Shown here piece by piece: positions 12,609-24,552 of a DNA stretch of 64,000 nt. Positions within the stretch are counted from its first letter, which is position 1; the number at the start of each line of letters is the position of its first letter. The translations under genes were made by a program, and so were the position numbers. The notes beneath the pieces were generated by a model. The model worked only from the letters and a program-made list of their open reading frames with translations. It searched no databases and had not been told where the DNA came from. The DNA is from Scyliorhinus canicula (Eukaryota), in the NCBI RefSeq assembly GCF_902713615.1, contig NC_052151.1, forward strand, positions 162,397,050 to 162,461,049, read 5' to 3'.

Positions 12609-14065
12609 CAGGCCTTTTCAAAGTGCGGGTCGCGACCTGTGGGTGGGCCGCGGGTGTATGTCAGAAGGATCACGGAGTTAAGAGTCGTGCTCTGCACTTC
12701 TGTTAAACAGGGAAGTGTGGGGGGGATTCAGGTACATGGACACACAGACTTATTCCTCGAACAATCCAGTGAAAGTGAGTGCGAGAGAGAGACAGAACTG
12801 TGACAGAAGAGATGGGGAAAATATCGAAGCAAAGGATAGTCAAGGAGTTCACTTATTCAATAAGGGGCAGCACGGTAGCATTGTGGATAGCACAATGGCT
12901 TTACAGCTCCAGGGTCCCAGGTTCGATTCTGGCTTGGGTCACTGTCTGTGCGGAGTCTGCACATCCTCCCCGTGTGTGCGTGGGTTTCCTCCGGGTGCTC
13001 CGGTTTCCTCCCACAGACCAAAGATGTGCAGGTTAGGTGGATTGGCCATGATAAGTTGCCCTTAGTGTCCAAAATTGCCCTTAGTGTTGGGTGGGGTTAC
13101 GGGGTTATTGGGATAGGGTGGAGGTGTTGACCTTGGGTAGGGTGCTCTTTCCAAGAGCCGGTGCAGACTCGATGGGCTGAATGGCCTCCTTCTGTACTGT
13201 AAATTCTATGATCTATGAACCACACGCAAGTAAATGTCTTGTGCTCGCTGTGCGCCGCCTCGCTTGCTGCCCTCAGCCCCACTCCTGACTTGTTGCAACT
13301 GCAACTGGCAGTGAGTTGCTGTCACCAGAACACATTCACCTGGTGTTTTATTTCGACCCACACTAAAGTACTAGCCCCTCAGCACGTTGAACCATACCAG
13401 AAGTGGAGCCTAGAAATACACCTTAGTGACATAGCACCCCAAATCTGTGACCTCTGCTTCGCAGAATGATAATGGCAGCAGGTGCATGGTAACTTGAAGA
13501 TTGCTCTCCAAATCTCATGTTTATGTTTAACCTTTGGAATGGAGGCAGGAAGGATAATATTTTGAGCACTGAAATAGGAAGGAGGTTCTGCATTTTAAAA
13601 AAGTATCCAATTTGTAAATATTTCATAACATGTATTGGGTTTTCTGACATCTGAGAGTGCAGTCTTTCAATCTTCACAAAAAAAAGTTCCTTTGGTTTCT
13701 CACAATTGGCAGGCATGTGGAAATGTATTTTGCTTGATTACCGTTGGAAGTCATAGGAAATTTTCCAGAACTTTCTCTACAGAGTTTAACTTTGAGTCCA
13801 CCATGGAGTAGTGTATTTGATCCTTCCTTCATAGCGTTTTTTGCACTAATAATTATACAAGGCTAATATACCAGGAGCTACTGCAAAGTGATTATGAACA
13901 TGAAAACCAGACGATTAGGTTTCTGCTCCTTACCTGGGGCAAGAAAACTTTAGAATCTCAAACACTGCCTTGACTCAGGATAGACTGGGCAAACGAACAC
14001 GGCATGGGCCCCGAAGGTCAGCCAGCTGGCAAAAGTGGGCCCCCCAAAAAGTATGAAAACACTTG
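12609..14065. mobile_element. Non-autonomous hAT (Charlie-like) DNA transposon
   Basis: 8-bp TSD ttgtagat (12601-12608, 14066-14073); imperfect TIRs caggccttttcaaa / tatgaaaacacttg; the host CR1-like sequence rejoins on removal. Confidence 0.82.
12864..13217 (+). mobile_element. HE1 V-SINE nested in the hAT element
   Basis: Full-length head, V-domain and tail. Confidence 0.93.
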
Positions 14066-14257
14066 TTGTAGATGGTGGACAGACTTTGGGGGGGGGGAGA
14101 AAGAGTCAGAAAGAAAGAGTGAAACTCCACAGAATTCCTAGCCTCTTGATCTGTTCTTGTGCAGCCAGAATATTTATATATGGCTCATCCAGCTCAGTTA
14201 CTGGTCAGTGGCAACCCCCAATATAGTGATAGTGGGGAATTCAGTGAGGGCAATGCA

Positions 14258-14560
14258 TGGCACAGTACTTAGCACTGCTGCCTCATTGGGTTCAATTCCG
14301 GCCTTGGGTGACTGTGTGGAATTTGCATGTTCTCCCAGTGTCTGCGTGGGTCTCCTCTGGGTGCTCTGGTCTCCTCCCACAGTCCAAAGATGTGCAGATT
14401 AGATGGACTGGCCATGCTAAATTGTCCATTTGGTGTACAAGAATATGCAGGTTAAGTGGGGTTACATGCATAGGGTCGGGAAGTAGGCCTGGATGGGACG
14501 CTCTTTCAGATTCGACAGACCCAATGGCCTCCTTTTGCATTGTAGTGATTCGATGGGATT
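14258..14560 (+). mobile_element. Older HE1 V-SINE
   Basis: Diverged head, V-domain and tail. Confidence 0.8.
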
Positions 14561-14746
14561 GAATGTCACTGCCACTTCACAGCCCAAGCCTGAATGTTGA
14601 CCATGCATTTTTCCTACATTGTATTCCATCTGTCAAACTTTTGCCCACTCACTCAATTTGAGCAGTATTCCCACATTGCCAGATAGATGCCAGCGTTGTT
14701 GCTTAATGAAGCAGCTTGGCTAATGGAGCAGCTAGTTCTGGGCCAC

Positions 14747-15221
14747 AAGTCTTTCGTACTATTGCTGGAATTTAGCCAGGTCCCAGGGCCTATAGCTTTC
14801 GCAGTATCCAATATCTTCAGTGGTTTGTTGATATCATGTTGAGTGAGCCAAGTTCGCTAACGATTGGCATTTGTGATGCTGGGGGCCTCAAAAGAGGCTG
14901 AAAATGGTTCATCCACTCAGCACCCCTGGCTGAAGAGGCTGCAAAAAGTCCCTAGTCGCCACATTCCGGCGCCTGTTCGGGGAAGTCTTTCGTACTATTG
15001 CTGGAATTTAGCCAGGTCCCAGGGACTATAGCTTTCGCAGTATCCAATATCTTCAGCGGTTTGGTGATATCATGTTGAGTGAGCCAAGTTCGCTAACGAC
15101 TGGCATCTGTGATGCTGGAGGCCTCAAAAGAGGCTGAAAATGGTTCATCCACTTAGCACCTCTGGCTGAAGAGGTTGCAAAAAGCCCCTAGTTGCCACAT
15201 TCCGGCGCCTGTTCGGGGAAG
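14747..15221. repeat. Tandem duplication, 236-bp unit x2
   Basis: aagtctttcgtactattgctgg starts at 14747 and 14983; the unit joins a CR1-like fragment and a SINE fragment. Confidence 0.9.
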
Positions 15222-16160
15222 CTAGCATGGGAAATTGTTTCATCGTCCATCACCATTCATAACTGGATGTGACAGGACTGCAGAGCTTAGACCTGATCCA
15301 ATTGTTGTGAGATTTAGCATGGTAGTGTGCCACACAGCATGATGGTGGGTACCCTCAATGTGAAGACAGAACTTGTCTCCACAAGGACTGTGTGTTGGTC
15401 AGTCCTACCGACAGTATCATGGACAGATGCATCTGCAACAGGTAGATTAGTGAGGACAAGGTCAGGAAGGTTTGCTAGTCTGCAAAGCTAAGACTATGTC
15501 AGGCTGTTGGTTGGGTAATTTATGGGATAGCTCTCCCAATTTTGGTACAAGTCCCAGATGTTAGTAAGGGAGGGTCAACAGAGCTGGGTTTGCTGTTGCC
15601 ATTTCTGGTGCCTAGATTGATACGGAGTGATCTGTCCGGTTACATTTCTCTGTCCGGTTACATTCTTTTTCATAGGTTTTGTAGCAGCTTGATAGCCAAG
15701 CTATTTCACAGGGCAGTTAAGAGTCGACCACATTGCTGTGGGGTTGGTGTAACACATAGATCAGAGGGATAAGGGCGGCAGTTTTCCGCCTCTAGAAAAA
15801 AGGATATTAGTCAACCAGATGGATTTTCACAGCAATCACTATTACGGAGACTAGCTTTTTAAATTTCAGAATTTATGAATGGAATTTAAATTCCACCAGC
15901 TGCCAAGGTGGGATTTGAAGCTGCAACCCCACAACATCAGCCTAGGTCTCTGGATTACTAGTCAGGTGACATTACCACTGTCTCGTCAACAAAATAAACC
16001 TTTATGATAACTGGAGGCTGTGCATCAAGTATCAATAAATAATATACAATAAATGTAAACTGAAAGTCTAAATCATTTAATATCAAGAAACAGAAATCTC
16101 AATTGAAAACTTGAAGCACACTTAAACTAGGACAATGGTTGACAATAACATTCTACTCAC

Positions 16161-16222
16161 CTCAAATTGCTTTCATCCATACATAGCATGTAATCGAATG
16201 TTAAGAAATCATTCTTGGTTAC
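16161..16222 (-). CDS. ACP1: ACP1 coding exon 4 (VTKNDFLTFDYMLCMDESNL-R)
   Basis: 62 nt, ctcctag| and |gtgagt; matches FDYILCMDESNLR. Confidence 0.97.
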
Positions 16223-16469
16223 CTAGGAGTTTTAAAAAAGCTTAATGTCTGATTCTTTTTAAGTATTATGTACTGTAATGGAATCATTAAGTTTGATTAT
16301 CAACAGATATGTTTCGAGGAGTCGACCCGTAAAAAGCCAGTGATAACATTTCAATTTGTAAACTAATTATTACTAGCAACTGGCATTGCTAAAGCGAAAA
16401 TTAATGAAAAACTATTCTGCATCAAATCCAGCCAATGCCAGGTAGATATTTGCATTAATCCTTTGGTGC

Positions 16470-16850
16470 CAGCTTAAGTTCATTTTCACCTCATGTTAGA
16501 AGTTATCAATTCAAGTTTCACCTGGGCATTTAATCTTGGCTGATACTCCAGTGCAATACGGAGGGAATGCTGCACGTCCTCTTTCAGAGGAGACGTTAAA
16601 GCAAGAACCTGTATTTTATTGGGACAAGATATTCCATGGCACTATTCAAAGAGCAGAGGAGTTCTCCTGATCTCATGATCAACACTTGGCCCTCAACCAA
16701 CACTACTGAATGTTTAATTGGCCAGATCTCATTGTTGTTTGAAGTGCACAAATTAGCTACCTCCTTTCCCTGTATTATATAGAGACTACCCTTCAAAAGT
16801 AATCAATTGGCCTTATAGAGTGTCATAGAAAATGCTTCATGTGCAATTTA
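16470..16850 (+). mobile_element. Deu-SINE (SacSINE1/AmnSINE1-related)
   Basis: Deu-domain-like tracts gagggaatgctgcac, tttcagaggagacgttaaa, ccatggcactatt.aaagagcagg, ccctcaaccaaca. Confidence 0.75.
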
Positions 16851-17699
16851 TTTCCTCCTTTCTTTAAGATGTTATTACAGACAAAAATAACCATACTAAA
16901 ACTGTGCATGAATTGTGGTTACTCTCTTTTTTCACTGGCAGTCCCTCAGGACAGAGGTTGACTTTCTTCCATTCTGTGGTGTGGTTCCTGAGGTGACTAA
17001 AGAGCCCAATGCTGGACCTGCGCACACTATCACAAACAAATAACAAATAAAATTCTGATATGAAGAGTTATCCTGTTCAAAAGCATCTTTTTATTTTTAA
17101 ATTCCTATATTGCACTCTTAGTTTTCAAGAGTATAACATCAAATGCCCACTCAGCCTTCACAGTTCAGGTACATAAACAGACATTGTGGCATTATGCAGT
17201 TTCTTCCTGTGTAACATTCTGCCAAGGAAATCAACCCATCTGCCACTGAAAACAGGCATTCATGCTTTTGTCACCTCGATACTCAACTATTTCAATGTTC
17301 TCATGGCCAGCCTCCTTTCCTTCAAAAACGTTTAAAAATACAAAGTCACTGGCAATGGTAATGAGACAGAAAAAAAACAAAAGATGCGTCTAGGGAGACG
17401 TGAATAGCAAGATCTGAACAGATGTACAAAAGCAAAAGATGAGGGGAACAAAAAAAAAGCTAAGCTAGCAAAGAAATAAAACAAAATGGGGGCAGAGATT
17501 ACGATCTAAAACTGTTGGAACTCCATGTTGAGTCCAGAAGGCTGTAAAGTGTCCAGTTGAAAGAGGAGGTGCTGTTCCTAGAGCATTCTTTTGAATAAAG
17601 AAAGATGCTGGCATTGCAAATATATACATTTGTAAAGCATACAAGAACGGAAATTATATGCCAAGTCAAGACTATCAAGGTGTATCTTTCTTAAAACAT

Positions 17700-20650
17700 G
17701 GCTGGAACTGAGCCATTTCAGCAACGGCCCTGGAAACGGACAACTTTTGTGGCAGGGACAACTGGCTGACTACAGTTATGTGGCAGTCGGCCAAAAATCA
17801 GAAGCGGTGCAGGCTCCCGGCCAATTATGCAGGAAGGAAGCTTAAGACAGTGTCAGGTGATGGTATGGGAGGTCCAAACATCATCATGCCTGCAGTGACC
17901 AAGCAGCAAGCTTTGGTATTTCAGAGGCAGCTAGGACTCTGCAGAATGGACATCCAAAATCTTCTTCTCTGCCACTTAATCCCATCACCCAGACCTCTAG
18001 ACTGATTATTTGTCCTGATCAACGTCAAAAAGAGAATGCCCAACTTCCACATGGCTAAACCAGACAAATGGATGGCCCCATGGTGTCTGCCTGCAGGTTC
18101 TCCTCCAGGCTGCCAGGGAGCAGCAACCTCCCTCCTGTCAGACCAGGAAGCCTGGATGGGGATTGCAACGGGGTTAGCAGCCATGGAATCTACAATCGTA
18201 ATCAGATGCAACGTAGATCAGGGCTCAATGACTTCCGCTCACTATCAGGGTACGTTTGGTGGGATAGTTAGAACATGTGACTCTCACGAGGACAAGCAAT
18301 GACTCACAATTAGGTCAGGCAGACAAAAAAAACTTATATCTCAGGTGTGAGAAATTGCAGGCTCTTTCTTCCATTGTTGTACAAGGGCTGCGAGAGAGAA
18401 GGCGGATGGGACAATTGGAAGGTCCAGTATCTGTCAGAGAGAAACACGCCAATAAGGTCATTAATTGTCCATTGAATGGAAACTCATTGTCTCTCTCTGT
18501 CACCAGGAGAAAATGACACAACAACAAGAGAACAGGCAATGACGGGTGGAAGAGTGCTGAATATCAGAACGTCTACAACTGTAGAAAAGGTTGTTGAACT
18601 GGTTGGAGAGCAGGGGAGCCAAGCAATCGCAGACTTCAAAAGAAGAGTGCAGAGAGGCAAGAGTGAGGAGCCCTTGAGCTTGATATGAACCACAGCGCAG
18701 AAAGGAGACATGTCTGAGGGATGGGGAAAGCAATTGTGAACATTAACCTGCTCTGCTTTCTTTAGTAGAAGACTTCATATTCCTGAGAGAGCCTGCTCCA
18801 TCATCCATGACTCTGCAATGCATCACAGGGCAGGAGGGGAGAAAATTGCTCGGTATCCTTCTAGGTGCCCCTCCCATCTCCAGTAATAATAATAATAATA
18901 ATCTTTATTAATGTCACAAGTAGGCTTACATTAACATTGCAGTTAAGTTACTCTAAAAATCCTCTAGTCACCACACTCCGGTGCCTGCTCGGGTACACTG
19001 AGGGAGAATTCAGAATGTCCAATTCATCTAGCAAACACTTGTGGGAAGAAAGTGGAGCAGCCGAGGAAACTCACGCAGACACGGGTATAGAATGTGCAGA
19101 CTCCACACAGAAGTGACCCAAGTCGGGAATCGAACCTGGGTCTCTGGTGCTGAGAAGCAACTGTGCAGTCAAGGAGTTGCCATTGCAAAAAAAGCAGGAG
19201 GAGTACCAGTTTGTCTCTTCTGGGGACTCTTCTCCACACTTCAAGGGTAATACTAGTGAGACACCAAACTCCAGTGGCAGGACATTATAATAAATGCCAG
19301 GGTCAATACAGGTGTTGACTGAGCAGACCATAGGTTTGTTGCAAATGACATTCCGCAGCCTGGACATGTTCTGGCAGAGCTCTGCAGTATGCGGCTCAGT
19401 GGCTTTCAAGGAGTATCATATTCTGCTATGCTTTGCCCATTGTTAATTAGCAGCCATGTCTTAGTGGATAGCCAACGTTGCCTAGAATCCATCTGTGAAG
19501 TAGCCACGAACTACTTTGACACCTGGTAGCAGAACGGAACACAATCATTATGAGTCTGTCCTGGGAACCAAAGGAAAAGTCTCCTGTGACCACACACCAA
19601 TTGAACATTAATGAAGTGGAACAAACTCCTTTCTGTTGATAAATGCCCCAGGGAGCTCCGATTGCCACACGTGTAATCACGACCCCCTGAACTAGTGATT
19701 GCACTGAGGCCCAAAAATATTTCTGCTCGACTCTCTGGAACAGGGCACGCGTGTCAGTGATGAGTGGTTGCCTGTGAGATGCCTCACAAATCCCCAGTGG
19801 AGCCTGCAAAAGAGCTGGCTGGCGTAGGAATTTAATGCAACCGTCACAGGCTTGAGTTAACTCCGAATCACAGCACACAGGCCAGGGGCAGCCTCCCAAG
19901 AAATCGGCAATTGTTGCAGACATAGTTTTGTTGACACTGGAGGTGGTTGAGGCGACACTGTATACCCTGGGATGTGTCACTGATCTTCGTCTGACTGAGA
20001 CCTGGTTGGTTCACATTTAACCAGCCTCAGTTTGAACCAGCTGCAGGCTCTGTCCATTGATGTCCACCAGCCATTTGTGCATGTAGTCCCAGTTCCAGCC
20101 TTTCTCTGCACTGTTCCTACTCCATTCGGGTTTCAGGAACACCTCCGCCCAAAGAAACAAAACTGCACTGGAAGGGATGTGTCTTTGTTTCGGAGTTGTA
20201 GAATCATCACAACTATTTCAATTAAACGTAAACTTTTGTTGGCTCCAAAAGCCCCGACAACGGTAGGTTCCCCACTTGTCCTCAGAAAGCACAGCTACTA
20301 GTGTTTGACTTCCACAGTGGTCAAGCTCTCAGCCAGTTAAATCTAGTCTCATCCTACCCGTTATGGCCCTGGCACTGACCCTTCTCCCCCTCCATGGTGA
20401 ATCACAGCATCCATGCCCCTCTTTGAAGAAAATGGCTGAGTTGTAACAGGGCCATTTTGCTTGTTCACTGCCAGCTTTAAATGGCTGTGGAAACAAAGGC
20501 CTACAATCCCCATATGCCTCACACTAAATTTAAATCATAATGTGAACTAGTGATAATGATATACAAAGACATTGAAATTACCTTCCCACCGCTTGGTGAA
20601 GGTATTACTATCCTGGTCCCTCGCCATTGGCAGGTTAATCCGGGCCTTTC
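17700..20650 (+). mobile_element. Highly decayed PIF/Harbinger-like element
   Basis: REQAMTGGRVLNIRTSTTVEKVVELVG resembles the Harbinger Myb-protein RxxTGGG...EE.V..LVG segment; GC-richer block; boundaries uncertain. Confidence 0.4.
18884..19165 (-). mobile_element. V-SINE with (ATT)n-ending tail
   Basis: Same head and tail combination as 4768-5050. Confidence 0.82.
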
Positions 20651-21914
20651 ATTCCAAAGAACTGACATAGCACCTCCCATAAGATTCAAAGATGTGTGTA
20701 TGGCCATCAATGACAGACCCAATGACGGGTGCACAAGAGGTCAGAATTAGAGAAAGAGAGATTTCTCAGAGGGTTGAGTCAATTTTAATATTTCATTGTT
20801 TCTAGTTTTTAATTAGAGTAACTGACTGGATAATCAATTTGAACAACCTGCAAAACACTCGATTCGTCCCCATTCATTACCAGTCTGAAATCAGCAATCG
20901 TTACAAAAGTCAATTAATTTGATTACTCAGAATTTTAGTGGCTGACTTGCAGCAGTTTGTTTAAAGATTATACCTGTCGCAGTGGTATGTTGCCATTAGA
21001 TTACAGTATGTTATTTTGTATTCCATTTATAGAAAGAGAATTAAAGTCACACAAAGGTGAACAAAGGTGATGCCGTAATTAAGAACTAGTTATATCGTGT
21101 CATGATTTTCAGGTTTATTTGGTGGATAATCCTTTTGGTCAACAATTTGTCATCATTTCAAATATGGAACTAGGATTTTGTACAACATGGTGTGCACCTT
21201 TTACGACCTAATATCTCATTAAACAGTGTTATGATCAGACAATTGTGACAGTATTATTGGCGCTGATATATTTATTGCAAGTATCGCCACATCAGAGGAA
21301 GACTGACAACAACTTTCAATCAAACCTTTACATTAAAACACATGAATGAACAATGTACCAGTTTTCACAATGAGAGCAATCCATTTTCTAGATTAGTTGA
21401 TTATGGAAAATTAAGATGCAACACCCCAGCATAAATGTACTTTCACTGTTTCTAACTTCTCACTGAGGTATTCAACACTGGTTCAGAACTTCTTTAAAAT
21501 GCAGGAAACTTTCTGCTGGCTTCCTGCTGGATAATCACTCATTCCAGCTTGGGAGAGAACAAGGGACATATCACCTGATCATGTCTACAAGATGGAGGAT
21601 CCACTGCACTTGCCCATACTAGCCATTAAATTCCCCAGAGCAGATTAACTGATAAAATTTGATTTGTTACTTGTGTAACAACTGAAAATTTAATTGTTTC
21701 AGTCAAGATCTGAATCAATACTTTCTTGTAACAAAATTCACTGTAACTATTACAAAGAGGAAACTACTGAGACTGGAATTTCTGTACATTCGATATCTTA
21801 AAAATCAAAATTTAAGATTTATGGCAAGTAAATTTAAATCACCATATGTTTGGACACAAGCAAGAATTGATGTGTTTCATTAAAGGATCAACTTCCAGAA
21901 GTTTCTGATGTCAT

Positions 21915-22020
21915 GGGATGGTTTAGCACAGGGCTAAATGGCTGGCTTTGAAAGCAGACCCAGGCAGGCCAGCAGCACGGTTCAATTCCCATACCATCCG
22001 CCCCGAACAGGTGCCGGAAC
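21915..22020 (+). mobile_element. Second tRNA-derived SINE family, 5' part
   Basis: ggtttagcacagggctaaa...ggttcaattccc head shared with the copies at 41762, 49315 and 63527. Confidence 0.7.
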
Positions 22021-22021
22021 C

Positions 22022-22945
22022 AGCAGTTGTGTGTGCATCATTGCCAAGGCAACACAACATGGTACCAGGCAAGCAGAACATTTAACGGTAATAGCAGATA
22101 AGAATAAGCAAATCCGGCCGAAGAGCACAAAGGAGAAGATTCTTCCACCAACCTGAGAAACTATGGCCTTTGGCGACTCAATGCAATAAACAATGGTAAA
22201 GTTCGAGGTGGAAGGTTTTAAGGCACCCCACCAGCTTCAAATCTCTGGTAACCTAGACAAAAACTGGCGTGTTTTCAAACAGCAGTTTAAGCTCTATGTT
22301 TCAGCCCTTGGCCTGCAGCCACAGCCTGACGAGAGGCGCATTGGGTGCCTGCTCACGCTGGCAGATTCACAAGCAATCAAAATCTCCAATACCTTCGCTT
22401 TTGTTAGCGAAGAGGAAAGCAAGAGATACGGTGAAGTAATAAAATACTTTGATCGGCTTTGCTCTCTTGGAAAAAAAACATTTGAAAGATACATTTTTTG
22501 TACGTGCAACCAGAAACCAGGTGAATCTTTCGACAGTTTTATTACCGACTTGAGGCTAAAGGCCCAGTCCTGCAATTTCAGCAATCTAAACTCTTTGATG
22601 ATTTGTGACCAAATAGCATTTGGCACATCAAATGACGAGCTCCGTGAGAGATCGCTGCGGTAAGAAGACCTGAAAATAGGAAATACGATTGAGTGGCTAT
22701 ACAAATGAGTTGGCTGGATAGCAAATCAGTACACTCAGCTTGAAACATTTTGGCATCTATTTGGAAGAAGACGCCAGCGTCAACAGCACTGTGACACAGT
22801 CCAATAAGAAATTTGGGCGGCCATTTTAAGCGGCTGACCGGAACCACCATCTTATGCCAGAAAGACGCCAGTGCCAACAGCACTTCATTGATCACATTTC
22901 AACCAAGGACCAGAGCAGTCTGATCAGAAAAAGTGATGTCCTTCT
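22022..22945 (+). mobile_element. Gypsy (Mag-like) LTR end, PBS and gag remnant
   Basis: aacacaaca|tggtaccagg (PBS at 22060); ORF 22193-22663 GNLDKNWRVFKQQF...QKPGESFDSFITDLRLKAQSCNF is retrotransposon Gag, homologous to ORF 54769. Confidence 0.85.
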
Positions 22946-22947
22946 GA

Positions 22948-24200
22948 ATAAAGAACAAAGAAAACTACAGCACAGGAACAGGCCCTTCGGCCCTCCAAGC
23001 CTGCACCAACCATGCTGCCCATTTCAACTAAAATCTTGTACACTTCCAGGGTCCATATCTCTCTATTCCCATCCTATTCATGTATTTGTTATGATGCCCC
23101 TTAAACGTCACGATCGTCCCTGCTTCCACCACCACCTCCGGCAGTGAGTACCAGGCACCCAGTGCCCTCAGTGTATATAAAACAAAACTTACCTCGTACA
23201 TCTCCTCTAAACCATGCCCCTCACACCTTAAACCATTGACCCCTCTACCCTTGGGGAAAAGTCTCTGACTATCCACTCTGTCTATGCCCCTTGTAGTTTT
23301 GTAGACCTCTATCAGGTCGCCCCTCAACCTCCTTCGTTCCAGTGAGAACAAACCAAATTTATTCAACCTCTTCTCATATCTAATGCCCTCCATACCAGGC
23401 AATATCCTGGTAAATCTCGTCTGCACCCTCTTGAAAGCCTCCACATCCTTCTGGTAGTGTGGCGACTAGAATTGAACACTGTAGTCCATGTGTGCCCTAA
23501 CTAAGGTTCTATACAGCTGCAACATGACTTGCCAATTTTTATACTCCATGCCGTGGCCAATGAAGGCAAGCATGCCGTATACCTTCTTGACAACCTTCTC
23601 CACCTGTGTTGCCCCTTTCAGTGACCTGTGGACCAAGATCTCTCTGACTGTCAATAATCTTGAGGGTTCTACCATTCACTGTATATTCCCTACCTGTATT
23701 AGACCTTCCAAAATGCCTTCCTCACATTTGTCTGGATTAAACTCCATCTGCCATCTCGCCGCCCAAGTCTCCAAATGATCTCTTTCCTGCTGTATCTTCT
23801 GACAGTCCTCATCGCTATCCACAATTCCACCAACCTTTGTGTCGTCTGCAAACTTACTAATCAGACCAGTTACATTTTCCTCCAAATCATTTTATATATA
23901 CTACGAACAGCACTGATCCCTGCAGAATGCCACTAGTCACAGCCCTCCAATCCGAAAAGCACCCTTCCATTGCTACTCTCTGCCTTCTATGACCTAGCCA
24001 GCTCACTTCTCCTGTGTGACTTCACCTTTTGTATAAGTCTGCCATGAGGGACCTTGTCAAAGGCCTTGCTGAAGTCCACATAGACAACATCCACTGCCCT
24101 ACCTGCATTAATCATCTTTGTAACCTCCCCAAAAAATTCTATCAAGTTAGTGAGATACGACCTCCCCTGCACAAAACCGTTCTGCCCCTCGCTAGTACGA
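22948..24200 (-). mobile_element. CR1/HER1 LINE, 5'-truncated and decayed
   Basis: GFVQGRSYLTNLIEFF, DFSKAFDKVPH, KFADDTK, LFSLERRRLRGDLIE; 3' tail at 22948-23000. Confidence 0.93.
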
Positions 24201-24203
24201 GTA

Positions 24204-24552
24204 GGGCAGCATGGTAGCGTAGTAGTTAGCACAATTGCTTCACAGCTCCAGGGTGCCAGGTTCGATTCCTGGCTTGGGTCACTGTCTGTGCGGAGTCTGC
24301 ATGTTCTCCCCGTGTGTGCGTGGGTTTCCTCCGGGTGCTCCGGTTTCCTCCCACAGCCCAAAGATGTGCAGGTTAGGTGAATTGGCTATGTTAAATTGCC
24401 CTTAGTGTCCAAAATTGCCCTTAGTGTTGGGTGGGGTTACTGGGTGATGGGTGGAGGTGTGGGCTTGGGTAGGGTGCTCTTTCAAAGAGCCGATGCAGAC
24501 TCGATGGACTGAATGGCCTCCTTCTGCACTGTAAATTCTGTGATTCTATGAT
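24204..24552 (+). mobile_element. HE1 V-SINE
   Basis: Full-length copy. Confidence 0.93.
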
